Below are positions 23,589-34,698 of a stretch of 58,769 nucleotides of DNA, piece after piece. Source of the DNA: Neophaeotheca triangularis (Eukaryota); assembly GCA_054600435.1 (NCBI GenBank), contig BAAIJX010000062.1, forward strand, positions 62,001 through 120,769. The letters are read 5' to 3'. Every line of letters starts with the position of its first letter. Position 1 is the stretch's first letter. Under the pieces are notes generated by a model. That model was given only the letters and a program-made list of their open reading frames with translations, ran no database searches and was not told the DNA's origin. The position numbers and the translations under genes were made by a program.

Positions 23589-26129
23589 ATGTTGTTCATT
23601 AGTTCTTTGCTTGTCGCTTCATTAGGCTTTGCTGCCGCTGAAAGCGGCCTCGAGGCCTGGCTCCGGTATGCGCCGCTGCCCAACTTACATCCGCAGCATT
23701 ATCAATTGCCTTCAACCATTGTCGCTTTAAACTCCAGCGACTCCAGTCCCGTTGGCACTGCCGGCCGTGAAATCAAGAGTGGGATTGAGTCAATCTTTGG
23801 CAGAAGCTGTGAGATTTCCAACGGCTATGGACAACAGCAAACACCTTCCTCGATCGTGGTGGGTACTCTTGACCAATACAACAATGCGTACGGCGCCTTG
23901 AACGACACTCCTGTCCTTGGTGAGGACGGTTTCTGGCTCGATAATACTGGCAACACCATCCACATCCTTGGCCAAAACGAGCGCGGTGCCCTCTTCGGGG
24001 CCTTCGAGTACCTGTCAATGATGGCCCAAGGCAACTTCTCCAAAGTCGCTTACGGGACCAGCCCTGATGCCGGAATCCGTTGGATCAACCAGTGGGACAA
24101 CATGGACGGATCTATCGAACGCGGCTACGGTGGCGCGTCCATATTTTTCGCCAACGGCACGATCAAAGAAGACTTAACGCGAGCAGCGCAGTATGCCCGA
24201 CTTTGCGCTTCCATTCGCTTGAACGCGGTTGTCGTAAACAACGTCAACGCCAACGCTACTCTTCTGACGGATGAGAACATTGCCGGTTTAGGCAGGATCG
24301 CAGACGTCTTTCGTCCGTACGGAGTCCAGCTTGCTATTTCCCTAAAGTTCGATTCGCCCAATATGACCGAACCCGTGATTGGGACCTACGATCCTCTGCT
24401 TTCCGAAGTTCAGGACTGGTGGCACAACAAGACTGAGCGTATCTACAGGGCCGTTCCCGACTTTGCAGGTTACCTAGTCAAGGCGAACTCGGAGGGTCAA
24501 GCTGGACCAGCAGAGTACAATCGCACTCTTGCAGAAGGTGCAAATCTTTTCGCCAGAGCTATCAAGCCATATGGGGGCATCGTCATGTTCCGTTCATTCG
24601 TATACGATTACCAGGATCTCGACGAGGACATCTGGACGGACGACCGCGCCAACGCTGCTGTCGACTATTTCCAGCCCCTGGACGGCAAGTTCGATGACAA
24701 CGTCGTCGTTCAGACAAAGTTCGGACCCATTGACTTCCAAGTCCGTGAACCGCCGTCGCCTTTGTTTGCCAACTTGCGCCGGACGAGTCAAGCCATTGAA
24801 CTCCAGCTTACGCCTGAGTATCTCGGTCAACAAAGCCACATTGTCTACGTAGCGCCTCAATGGAAGGAGATTCTTGACTTCGACATGCGTGCGGATCACG
24901 ACCAATCGCTTGTCAGTGACATTGTCAGCGGAGAACGCTTCAGCAAGCCTCTTGGGGGCTACGCCGGCGTCTCTAACGTCGGAATGAACCTCACATGGTA
25001 CGGCAGTCACCTGTCACTATCGAATCTCTACGCTTTCGGGCGCCTAGCTTGGGATCCAAGTCAGAATGTCCAGACGATGCTGCAAGATTGGATCCGACTT
25101 ACATTCGGCGTAGACCAAGACGTAGTCGACAAACTCACCTCGATCGAAATGGAATCCTGGCCAGCCTATGAGAACTACTCAGGCAACCTAGGCATCCAAA
25201 CCCTCACCGACATAATCTACACCCACTACGGCCCCCGTCCACAATCACAAGACGGCAACAGCTGGGGCCAATGGACCCGCGCCGACCGCACCTCCATCGG
25301 CATGGATCGCACCCTCCGCAACGGCACCGGCAACTCTCGCCAGTACCCCGACGAGATCCTCCAAAAGTACGAACACCGCGAAACCACCCCCGACAATCTA
25401 ATGCTCTGGTTCCACCACGTCAACTACACCACCCGCCTGCACTCCGGCAAAACGGTGATTCAGCACTTCTACGACGCGCACTACGACGGCGCCGCGACAG
25501 CGCAGACTTTCGTCGACGAACTCGCGAGCCTCGAAGGTAAAATCGACACGGAGCGCTTTGAAGCAATGATGTACACGCAAGTCTACCAGGCCGGCCATGC
25601 CATTGTCTGGCGCGACGCCATCAACAACTACTACCACAACCTCTCCGGTATCGACGACGAGGCCGGCAGGGTTGGAAACCACGTCTACCGCATCGAGGCC
25701 GAGAGCATGGAGCTCGAGGGCTATGAACTTTACGACGTTGCACCGTTCGAGGCTGCCTCGGGCCCGTCGTCGGGGTATAGAGCTATCGTGACTAGTAGCA
25801 ACACTACCGCGGGCACGGCTACCACGGTTCCGGATGTGGAAGACGGTATCTACGACGTTGCGGTCAATTACTACGACCTTTACGGCGGCGAGGCGAGGTG
25901 GGAAGTTTTTCTCAGTGATAAAAAGATCGGGGAGGTTTTGGGTAATGCTGGGGATTACCTGGGCCATCAGCCGAGTATCTATCTTGATGGGCATTCTGCT
26001 ATTCGGAAGACTTTTGGTGGTGTGGCGGTGGCTAGAGGCGAAGTGCTGAGGATTGTCGGGCACCCGGATGGGAATGAGCAGGCGCCGGTGGATTATGTCT
26101 CGGTGTTGCCGTTGGGAGTGAGGACGTGA
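23589..26129 (+). CDS. aguA: Secreted GH67 alpha-glucuronidase
   Basis: Signal peptide then ESGLEAWLRY; RWINQWDNMDGSIERGYGG, VKANSEGQ, GPIDFQVREP, YAFGRLAW, LWFHHV motifs. Confidence 0.96.
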   Translation: MLFISSLLVASLGFAAAESGLEAWLRYAPLPNLHPQHYQLPSTIVALNSSDSSPVGTAGREIKSGIESIFGRSCEISNGYGQQQTPSSIVVGTLDQYNNAYGALNDTPVLGEDGFWLDNTGNTIHILGQNERGALFGAFEYLSMMAQGNFSKVAYGTSPDAGIRWINQWDNMDGSIERGYGGASIFFANGTIKEDLTRAAQYARLCASIRLNAVVVNNVNANATLLTDENIAGLGRIADVFRPYGVQLAISLKFDSPNMTEPVIGTYDPLLSEVQDWWHNKTERIYRAVPDFAGYLVKANSEGQAGPAEYNRTLAEGANLFARAIKPYGGIVMFRSFVYDYQDLDEDIWTDDRANAAVDYFQPLDGKFDDNVVVQTKFGPIDFQVREPPSPLFANLRRTSQAIELQLTPEYLGQQSHIVYVAPQWKEILDFDMRADHDQSLVSDIVSGERFSKPLGGYAGVSNVGMNLTWYGSHLSLSNLYAFGRLAWDPSQNVQTMLQDWIRLTFGVDQDVVDKLTSIEMESWPAYENYSGNLGIQTLTDIIYTHYGPRPQSQDGNSWGQWTRADRTSIGMDRTLRNGTGNSRQYPDEILQKYEHRETTPDNLMLWFHHVNYTTRLHSGKTVIQHFYDAHYDGAATAQTFVDELASLEGKIDTERFEAMMYTQVYQAGHAIVWRDAINNYYHNLSGIDDEAGRVGNHVYRIEAESMELEGYELYDVAPFEAASGPSSGYRAIVTSSNTTAGTATTVPDVEDGIYDVAVNYYDLYGGEARWEVFLSDKKIGEVLGNAGDYLGHQPSIYLDGHSAIRKTFGGVAVARGEVLRIVGHPDGNEQAPVDYVSVLPLGVRT

Positions 26130-27081
26130 GGGAAGAGTGCGGGGGATGTAGAGCTTGTTCACAGGTGTAGCATTGACTAGACAGAGCTGGCGGTGCTGCC
26201 GGCGTACCTCCACTATCAGTCGCTGTTCTTGTGTATGTACTTTGAAGGTTTCCCGTAATGCGAGGATTAATTGACAGAGCGCCTTGTCTTATCGCAAAGG
26301 TATCGTTGGACAATATTTGCGACATGTGTCCTGCTCGTTATTGCAGAGGGAGATGGTGTTGCAGATGGCGGGCGGGAATCGGGATTGGTAAGGTAAGGTA
26401 GCCGATGTACTTGAATTATGTCTGAGTGGAGCACAAAATGTGCAGGCACAAGCAGCTGAAAGGGAGTGCATGAATCTTCACAAAGGTGGATTGCGGGGTG
26501 TCTAGAACGTTGTGTAGATTTATCGATACGATGAAAGGTAAGGTACCTTACCAAGCTTACCTACCTTATCGTAGGTAATTGACAGACGGCATCGCATTCC
26601 CGAGGTCCGGCAAACTGCTCTGGACTTACAAGGCAGGGCAAACGGACGTGACATCTGAGGGAGGTCGTTGTTGCCATCTTAAGCCAACCTTACCTTGTAA
26701 ACAGCCGGAGGGCCTGATGCTCTGAGCCGCGTCATGGTAATTGTCAGCGGTGTCCCTAAGACTGTAGAACCCGCGGATGCCGGTAAGGTTAGGTTAGGAT
26801 AGGGACCAAGCTGAAGACGTGTATGAAGCTCCTTCCGCCCCACCATGGCTGAGCATGGCCGCCGCAGTCCGCTGTTGTTTCAAGCAACGCCCCGTCAGCC
26901 CTACACTAAACTGTTCTGTCACTACCGAACTCGAGTTGGGTACTTGCCTCCGTATCTATATCTTGATACCTGTTTCCCATCACCCTCCTCCTCTCCCTCT
27001 CCTAGTCCCCTACTCTCCCACCACTCATTGTTTGCTCACACCTCTAGCTAGCTGTCCGCCAATTGGCTGGGGTCGTCCACC

Positions 27082-30000
27082 ATGCCACGGCCACACTTCA
27101 CCCAACATCTATCACTCCGCCGGCTAAAGTCGAGCGTCACCTCCAACTCGAACGGTGAATCTGCGCCTCCCTCCTCCGGCGCCAACAGTGAGAATGTCAG
27201 CCGAAATGCCAGCCCTTCGAGGAGCGGTGCTCTGGATGGCAAAGGCGATCACAAGGGAATGGGGCTAGTCCTCAAGCTGGATGTGCTCAAGGGCCGTGAC
27301 CTCGCCGCCAAAGATAAGAGTGGTACTTCTGATCCCTACCTGGTCTTTACTCTAGGAGAAGAAAAGGAGGCTACGCCCGTCATAAGCAAGACCCTGAGCC
27401 CAGAATGGAACGAAACCTTCGAGTTCCCAATCCTTACTGCCGAATCGGCATTGTTGGAGGCTGTCTGCTGGGACAAGGATCGTTTCAAGAAAGATTACAT
27501 GGGAGAGTTTGATGTCTTGTTGGAAGGTGTCTTTGCGTCCGGCAACGTCAGCCCCGAGCCGCAATGGTACCCATTGGAAAGCAGACGCTCTGGCAGGAGG
27601 AGGAAGAAGGACGTGATAGTCACAGGAGAAGTGTTGCTCAAGTTCACGCTGGTCGACCCTGTCAACCCTGCTGCAACGCCGGAACAAATAATGCAAAAGT
27701 TCTCGGGTTTGGTTGAAGTTGAATCGAGTGCGGATGACGAAGACGAGGATGACGAGGACGATGAGGAGCTGCTTGCGCGAATGGAGTCTCGTGATTTGGA
27801 CGACCTCGACGAAGAAGAGGACGACAAGGATCCCTCGGACGAAACCGATGACGCCAAAGCGTCTCCAAACGCCAAAGAGGAGGGCAAACAGCATCGTAAG
27901 AGGCGTAGAAGACTCCGACGGCTGAAGAGGAGAAGCAAGCTGAAGGCTTACGAGTTTAGTGGGACCTCTGATGTGGCTGGGGTACTGTTCTTGGAAATCA
28001 ACAGGATTACAGATCTCCCGCCTGAGAAGAATATGACGCGGACTAGCTTCGACATGGACCCGTTCGTCGTGACATCTCTCGGCAGGAAGACGTACCGCAC
28101 GCGAGTGATCAAGCATGATCTGAATCCCGTCTTTGATGAGAAGCTGGTTTTCCAGGTTCAGAAACATCAGCTCAAGTTCATGCTCAACTTTGCTGTCGTT
28201 GATCGCGATAAGCTATCCGGCAATGACTTTGTCGGGACTTGCAACCTTCCGGTCTCTAAAGTCACTGAAGTGGCACCTCAACCAGATCCCATGACTGGTC
28301 TATTCGAGCTTGCTTCGCCGCCTGATCCCACCGAGGACGGCTCCGCCGATGTCCAGCGTAAAAGACGCTTCCGTATGCCACTTTCGCGTAGTGGCAGCCA
28401 GACAAACGTCGGCAGAAGCTCGCGCAACAGCTCTTCTTCCAACCTGACAAAAATGAACCGGACAACGTCTAGCAATAGTGTTCAGCGATCGTCCAGGCCC
28501 AGTTTCAAACAAGAGGAGGCTTCAGGCTCAGCCATCGAAGAGGATGACCAGCTGGCGCCGACAAGTAATCCTGAGTTGAATGCAAGCACCACCTCGCTTA
28601 ACGTTGCCGAGCCTCCTACTGCTGGTGAAGATCCTGAACTCAACGCCTATGAGATGCCGCTGGAGCTGAAGAACAAGCAGCGGTGGGACAACAAGTGTAA
28701 CCCGGTCGTCTACATCAAAGCGAAGTACTTACCGTACCAGGCCCTCCGCCAACAATTCTGGCGAGCCATGCTACGGCAATATGATGCAGATGAGAGCGGA
28801 AAGATGAACAAAGTGGAGCTGACCACCATGCTTGACTCTCTTGGTAGCACACTGCACGCCAAAACCATTGACGGCTTCTTTAAGCACTGGAAGAACGACA
28901 ATGGCGGCCATGAGTACTTGACCATGGACCAGGCCGTCATCAGCCTGGAAGATCAGCTCATGAAAACCATTGGCCAACACAAACCGGGATGGAGTCCGGC
29001 TGGACTCAAGGCACGCATGGACCCGAGAACGAAAACATCTCGACTCGAGTCTGCCCGCCATGGCTCCCCTGAGGACAGCAGCGGGGCCAATTCTCCATAC
29101 CTCGAGGGCCGGGACGGTCTGCCTTCAAACACCAAGGGCTCGGCTCCCGTCCCCGCCCTAGCTGTTTCGGACCTGTCGAAGGGCGGCGAGGAAGGAGACA
29201 TTCTGCCCGAAAACGATCTGACCGCGGAGGATTCAGCTGCCACTGACGAAGAGGACGATTTGGAAGAGGAAGAGGACTCGGACACGCGCGAAGAGCATGT
29301 GGTGGAAATCCAGGAATGCCCCATCTGCCACCAGCCGAGACTGGCCCGCCGTAAGCGTACTAATGACGCAGACATCATCACGCACATTGCAACGTGCGCG
29401 AGCAGCGATTGGAGATCTGTCAACAACATTGTCATGGCTGGATTTGTCACTAGTTCGCAGGCTCAGCGCAAATGGTACAGCAAGATTATCACAAAGGTAA
29501 GTTGGGGGATTGCTATTGACTTTGGTTGTTCCTTACTGACCAACATGTCAGGTCTCCTATGGTGGTTACAAGCTTGGAGCCAATAGCGCAAACATCTTGG
29601 TTCAGGATCGCATGACTGGTATGATCAACGAGGAGAGAATGTCTGTCTATGTCCGTCTTGGTATTCGGTTGCTGTACAAGGGCATGAAGAGTAGGGAGAT
29701 GGAGAGGAAGAAGAGTAAGTCGTCCCCGTCACGAAATACTCGGCACTTTGCCGGCATGAGTGTTTGCGCGCCAGAGCCCTTGCAACAAAGCGTATCGTAT
29801 GTTTCACTAACATGCATGTCTTTCAGCCAAGCGACTGCTCCGAAGTCTCTCCTTCAAACAAGGCCGCAAATACGACGACCCCAATTCGGCTTCTCAAATC
29901 CCAGGCTTTATCAATTTCCACCAACTCGACATGTCCGAGGTCCTCCGCCCAACCAGCGAGTTCAAAAATTTCAATGAGTTCTTCTTTCGCCAACTTAAGC

Positions 30001-30801
30001 CGGATGCCCGCCCCTGCTCAGCTCCCGACAACCCCAGGATCATCGTCAGCCCCGCCGACTGCCGCTCCGTCGTCTTCGACGAGCTTGATCACGCTCAGCA
30101 AATCTGGGTCAAAGGGCGGGAGTTCAGCGTCGAGAGATTGCTGGGGAATGCTTACCCTGAAGATGCCGCGAGGTACAAGAATGGGGGTCTAGGCATTTTC
30201 CGTCTTGCTCCACAAGACTACCATCGTTTCCACATCCCCGTTGACGGCATCATGGACGAGCCGAAGCTAATCGATGGCGAGTACTACACCGTCAATCCCA
30301 TGGCTATCCGATCTGCTTTGGATGTCTACGGCGAGAACATCCGCGTCATTGTCCCAATCGACAGCGAGGCACACGGCCGGGTCATGGTCATCTGTGTCGG
30401 TGCCATGATGGTGGGCTCAACGGTCATTACCCGCAAAAAGGGCGAGCACGTCAAGCGCGCGGAAGAGCTGGGGTATTTCAAATTTGGAGGTTCGACCATC
30501 TTGCTGTTGTTTGAGCCTGGGAGAATGGTGTTTGATGACGATCTGGTGCATAACAGTGACGAGGCGCTGGAGACTCTTGTAAGTGCATGCTTTCCAACTT
30601 TGGTCTCGCGAGGTCGTTGCTAACGTGCTTTGATAGGTTCGTGTCGGAATGTCGATTGGGCATTCTCCGAACCAGGCGCAACACGCTCCGGATCAGAAGA
30701 AAAAGAACCCCACTGAGAATGAGAAGCAGGAGGCCAAGCGCAGGATTGAGGGTAGTTTGGCGCCCAGTCAGGGTATGCCGAGTATGAAGGAAGCGTCTTG
30801 A
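27082..30801 (+). CDS. PSD2: Phosphatidylserine decarboxylase 2 (two C2 domains, EF-hand-like segment, PSD domain); 4 exons
   Basis: C2 motifs ([16 protein letters not shown]); [19 protein letters not shown] autocleavage motif; introns 29497-29551, 29715-29826, 30579-30636. Confidence 0.95.
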
Positions 30802-31189
30802 AGTGGATGTTAGGTGGGAGAAAGGGGGGAACATAGTGAAAGAAGGGGGCACTTAATGAGACATGATGTAAAGACGAGCATTTGCATTTTCCAGAGCAGA
30901 GCAGGCAGCGGCGTTTTTGGATTTTGCATTATTGGGGAGAGAAAAGGCTCGGCCTTTCAACATGGCGATTGCCTGGAGGTCGCTGGAGGTCGGCTAGACG
31001 ATGGACGGCGCGCCCGTGGAGGAAAGTGAAGTGAGGTCGGCTCAACACGTGATCCCCGGCCAAGGCGCTAGTGAGTGCGCGCCTGCCACAGGACAAGTCT
31101 TGCCTACCTAGGTACTCTTTCTATCTCTTCCTCTTCCTCTTCCTCTTCCTCTCTTTCCCATCTCCTAAATGCCTTTCATCTCCGAGAAC

Positions 31190-31208
31190 CACACACACAC
31201 ACACACAC
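31190..31208. repeat. (AC)n microsatellite within a CT-rich promoter-like tract
   Basis: AC run following (CTCTTC)n at ~31125-31152. Confidence 0.85.
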
Positions 31209-31349
31209 CACACTACACTACCTCCACCTCTCGCCGTCTTTGGCCACAATTACTCCCCGTCATCATCACTAGCACCTTCTTTTCTTCTTCTTTTTCAGCG
31301 ATACTGCAACCCTCTTCACCGTCTCCACTGGCTTCAGTTACCGGCCGAT

Positions 31350-33055
31350 TTCCTGCACCTCACTTCACCAGCACCATTTCTTACTTTTTCATCCTTCCAC
31401 TCTCGCTTTCCCGCCATTCTTTCCGGCATCTGTTCTTCTCCTCTCCTCACCAGCACTAGCACTTCACCACCCAGCGTCGGAGGCTTCGGCCCATCCTTCG
31501 CTGGTCAGAACTAGACTCGCCCTTCGGGCCCGTCATTTTATCAAGCTAAAGAACACCGGCCTCTTCCTCGAAGTCGCCATTAATTCACACCCCGTCGCGA
31601 AGCAGCGCTCACGCGTCTGTCCCGGCGAGAGCCTTCGAGCTCGAAACACGAATGGCCCTAGCGGTTATTCCTTAATTCAAAGCTAAATCATGACGAAGAC
31701 GCTCACACAGTCCGCTGCTGTGGGCACAGAAGCGCTGCAGGCCCTGCGCTCTGCTAGGCCGGCATGTTCGGTATCGGGCACAATCCTTTTCGGTTCTGGG
31801 GGTTTGATCTTTTTGTTTTACCTCAATGATGAGATTGAACGCTGTATGCCGTGGTGCTGGACTTGTTCCGGTGGCTTTGATGCGTTGTTCTGAGAGGTTT
31901 TGGCCGTTTCTTTCATGCTTGAGCGCTTGACTTTGGTTGGGGGCCTGGTGAGAAGGAGACCGTTGAGGCTTGTGATGGAGCTTGGAACGATGGCATGTGC
32001 GAGGGTGTTGGCTGGGCTACTCTGTGATGCCTTTGTGGGTCTTGTGAGCATCGTGATTCTGGAATTTTAATTCCAAGAACCGGCCTCATCGGCTTCAAGC
32101 GACGGTTCCATATATTTTTTAAAGATCTAACCAAGGGATCGGAAGTGGAATGAGATGTACGCCCTTGAACCTTGATGCATTCTGTGTGATGAATAGTGCA
32201 GCGAGAACAAGACCTCATCCATGACTTCTTCTACGATGTTGCCGTTCATATCAAAACCCCCATTCGCTGACGAGCTCACCAAAAGCCTGCTGGGTCACGC
32301 TGTACCAGAGGGAGCTGGACCGTCTCTCGCCAAACGTGCCCGGCCAGACAATTTCTTCACCCTTCCTACCCAGGTCCAACCATACGCTTTCAATATGCCC
32401 AACTTCAGAACAGAAAGACACCGACTCGCCCAGCTTAACGGAGGCGGGAATTACCCCGTTGTGCTCAGCGTACCGCGAGGAGATCAACATTTGTCATTAG
32501 CCTCTTTGGTAAACGTTTGCACATCACATGGCATCACTCCATGTCGCCGCGTCCACGGGCACGCCTGATCTCTTCGCCACCGGCAACGAGAGAGGGCTGG
32601 TCTCAGGCGTGGAATGATTGGGCTCCCGGCTTTGATGAAAGTTCACAGCAAGAGCAGTACTTGACCGGTTTCATGCCAATAATTGCAAAAACGGCGGTTT
32701 TGCGTCCTACGACCGCCGCATCGTGGACGCCGTCAATGGCGTTGAGATGAAACAACGCGGGGAGGCGGGGTTTGGCGATCACATTGGGATGAGCATCATC
32801 GAGATGCTTGATAGGAAAGGTGGTCTTCGGACCTGCTCGGCCTGGATTGGAATCAGTCGTGGCGGCAGATGGGGTGTGGCCATGGAGTTGGCAAGGAGGT
32901 TGTATGATGTGCCACTGAGAGGCGGACATGGCTAGATTCGTGTGCGAAGTTGGTGTTGTGGGAAAGAGAAGCAGCAACGATGTTTGGCTTCTTTGAATAG
33001 TACTGGTGAGCGTGCAGGGCACCTGGCTTCTGAGAAATCAGAGAGGGAGAACACC
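31350..33055 (+). ncRNA. Candidate large structured non-coding RNA (unassigned family)
   Basis: No credible CDS; many nested complementary segments, C(UUCG)G hairpins at 31482-31491 and 32822-32833, 5'/3' end pairing, upstream CT-rich tract; boundaries approximate. Confidence 0.5.
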
Positions 33056-33183
33056 TCGAGAGTGCATTGACTTGTGTCAGTTGTTCAAGGTACAACAGCA
33101 GTGCGAAGGGATCGTAGGATAGCGAGAGACGAATTCGTCAATATCTATATTCGTGTAACAAAAGGCCGTTTCAATCACAGGAG

Positions 33184-34698
33184 CTAAACTTCAGGCGCCC
33201 AACCACTCCGCCTGCCCTTCCTATCCGACTGCCTCCTCGCCAGCCTCTGACTACTGCCACCAGGACCAACGTACGCAGCGTTCTGGCACTCAGACGCATC
33301 GCAAGCCCGGTAGATACTCAAAGCATTGGGCCCGCCGCAGAATTGCTCCGAATCACCCCTGCAAGGTTCCTCACACCTCCCAGCGATGCCATTTTCCGGC
33401 GCACGCCCTTCAACTTGGTAGTCGTTGTCGCAGAAACACTGGTCTCTGTACTCGAGACCCGCGAGCTTGTAGCCTTTCTTCGCGCAGTTTTGCACGCATT
33501 CTTGCACCGTCATGGTGTCGGAGTAATCGAAAACGGCGGCGAGAGTGCGGTCGTTGCCGTCGCGGCCACAGCCGACATATTCCCAGCCGATAGAGGTGAC
33601 GTCGGTGTAGTACTCCATGGGCCGGCCGATGGGGGTGCTGGCGCAGGATCGCAGGGCGGCGTTTTCAGGGCCTTCGGTGACGGGATTGCAGCCGGGGAGC
33701 GATGGGAGCACGCCCTTGACTTTCTCGCCGACGGATGGCGGCACGCGGCAGTTTTGGCATTCCGATCCCGTGTACATTTCGCCGACGAAGACGGGGCAGT
33801 CTTCGAGGTTGCCGCTGGGGTTGTTGCACGTGTCGACGGCTTCCTGCAGGACGTCAACGTCCCAGCCGTTGACGAAGTCGCCGTGGAAGCCGTAGCCGGT
33901 GGGGTCGCCGTTGGCAAACACGAAGGGGTGTTTGCCGCTGGGATCCCACCAGCCGTTGTCGAATTTATCAACCGAGTAGAGAACTTCGTAGAAGATGGAG
34001 ATCATGCGGACGGGGTGGCTTTCAGGGCAACGGCCATTGTCGTACTCTCCAATGGGGTATGCCATGTGGGAGGAGTGATCGGCGGAGTCGAGGTTTACAC
34101 CATCCCAGCAAGAGGGGAAGAAAACTTGGGCACGCAGGCCTTGTGGGCACTTGGTGTCCGGAATGTAGCCGGTTTGGGAGCCGCCTTCTGCGTAGTTGAG
34201 GCAAGCGAAACTGACGGCGGAACCAGGCGCTGCCTTCAATCCGGTATCGCTCCGCTGGAAAGGGTTGCCCGCAACCATGCGGAAGCCTTTGGGGAACGCC
34301 TTCAGTTCAGTCGAGTCTGGGTTGTAGCGTTGCAGATAGTAGACTGTCATGCCGCCAGTGTTGCCGCCGCCCTCTCCGGATTGGGGAACATCCTCGAAAG
34401 AGGTGTCGTTGGGACCTCTGTAGTAGAGCCTTGGCGTCCAGTAGTTGGACAGGTCGGCTTTGAGGGAGCAAGATGAACAGGTCGACGCGCGGGCTTGGTC
34501 GTAGTCCATGGAGAAGCCGAACCCGTTGCCTCCAGATATAGTGTGCACATGGCCAGAAACCTCACCTGGGTTGATGATGGGGTCCGCACGCTCGAGTAGG
34601 ATGCTACCGGGGCATGTCAATCGGAAGAATGCCGAGGCTGGCGTGGCAAGGCTTGCAAGAAGGCTCACGGCCGTGGAGGTGAAAGTGTTTGACCGCAT
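33184..34698 (-). CDS. Secreted DUF1996 domain + C-terminal WSC domain protein
   Basis: Signal peptide; RADPIINPG..HVHTISGG, DLSNYWTP, FPSCWDG, GYGFHGDFVNGW; WSC pattern YVGC..MTVQEC..C...AGLEY..QCFC..C..PC.G....CGG. Confidence 0.93.
   Translation of the reverse strand: MRSNTFTSTAVSLLASLATPASAFFRLTCPGSILLERADPIINPGEVSGHVHTISGGNGFGFSMDYDQARASTCSSCSLKADLSNYWTPRLYYRGPNDTSFEDVPQSGEGGGNTGGMTVYYLQRYNPDSTELKAFPKGFRMVAGNPFQRSDTGLKAAPGSAVSFACLNYAEGGSQTGYIPDTKCPQGLRAQVFFPSCWDGVNLDSADHSSHMAYPIGEYDNGRCPESHPVRMISIFYEVLYSVDKFDNGWWDPSGKHPFVFANGDPTGYGFHGDFVNGWDVDVLQEAVDTCNNPSGNLEDCPVFVGEMYTGSECQNCRVPPSVGEKVKGVLPSLPGCNPVTEGPENAALRSCASTPIGRPMEYYTDVTSIGWEYVGCGRDGNDRTLAAVFDYSDTMTVQECVQNCAKKGYKLAGLEYRDQCFCDNDYQVEGRAPENGIAGRCEEPCRGDSEQFCGGPNALSIYRACDASECQNAAYVGPGGSSQRLARRQSDRKGRRSGWAPEV

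Noticed and set aside
32186..32270. Second box C/D pair (GTGATGA...CTGA)
   Set aside because: No terminal stem and no recognisable rRNA antisense element
31690..32935. Short ORFs 31690-31893, 32221-32568, 32517-32750 and 32723-32935 as proteins
   Set aside because: No family motifs and no convincing splice path joining them; they overlap the predicted helices. Small-peptide coding is not strictly excluded
31350..33055. Assignment of the structured interval as telomerase RNA
   Set aside because: No template longer than 6 nt (AACCCT) for TTAGGG on either strand and no obvious Sm site or terminal intron; only possible if the telomere repeat is atypical
33343..34476. 377-aa + strand ORF, and similar long antisense ORFs at 42768-43709, 25398-26213 and 14545-15255
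   Set aside because: Antisense to well-supported GC-rich genes; explained by codon bias
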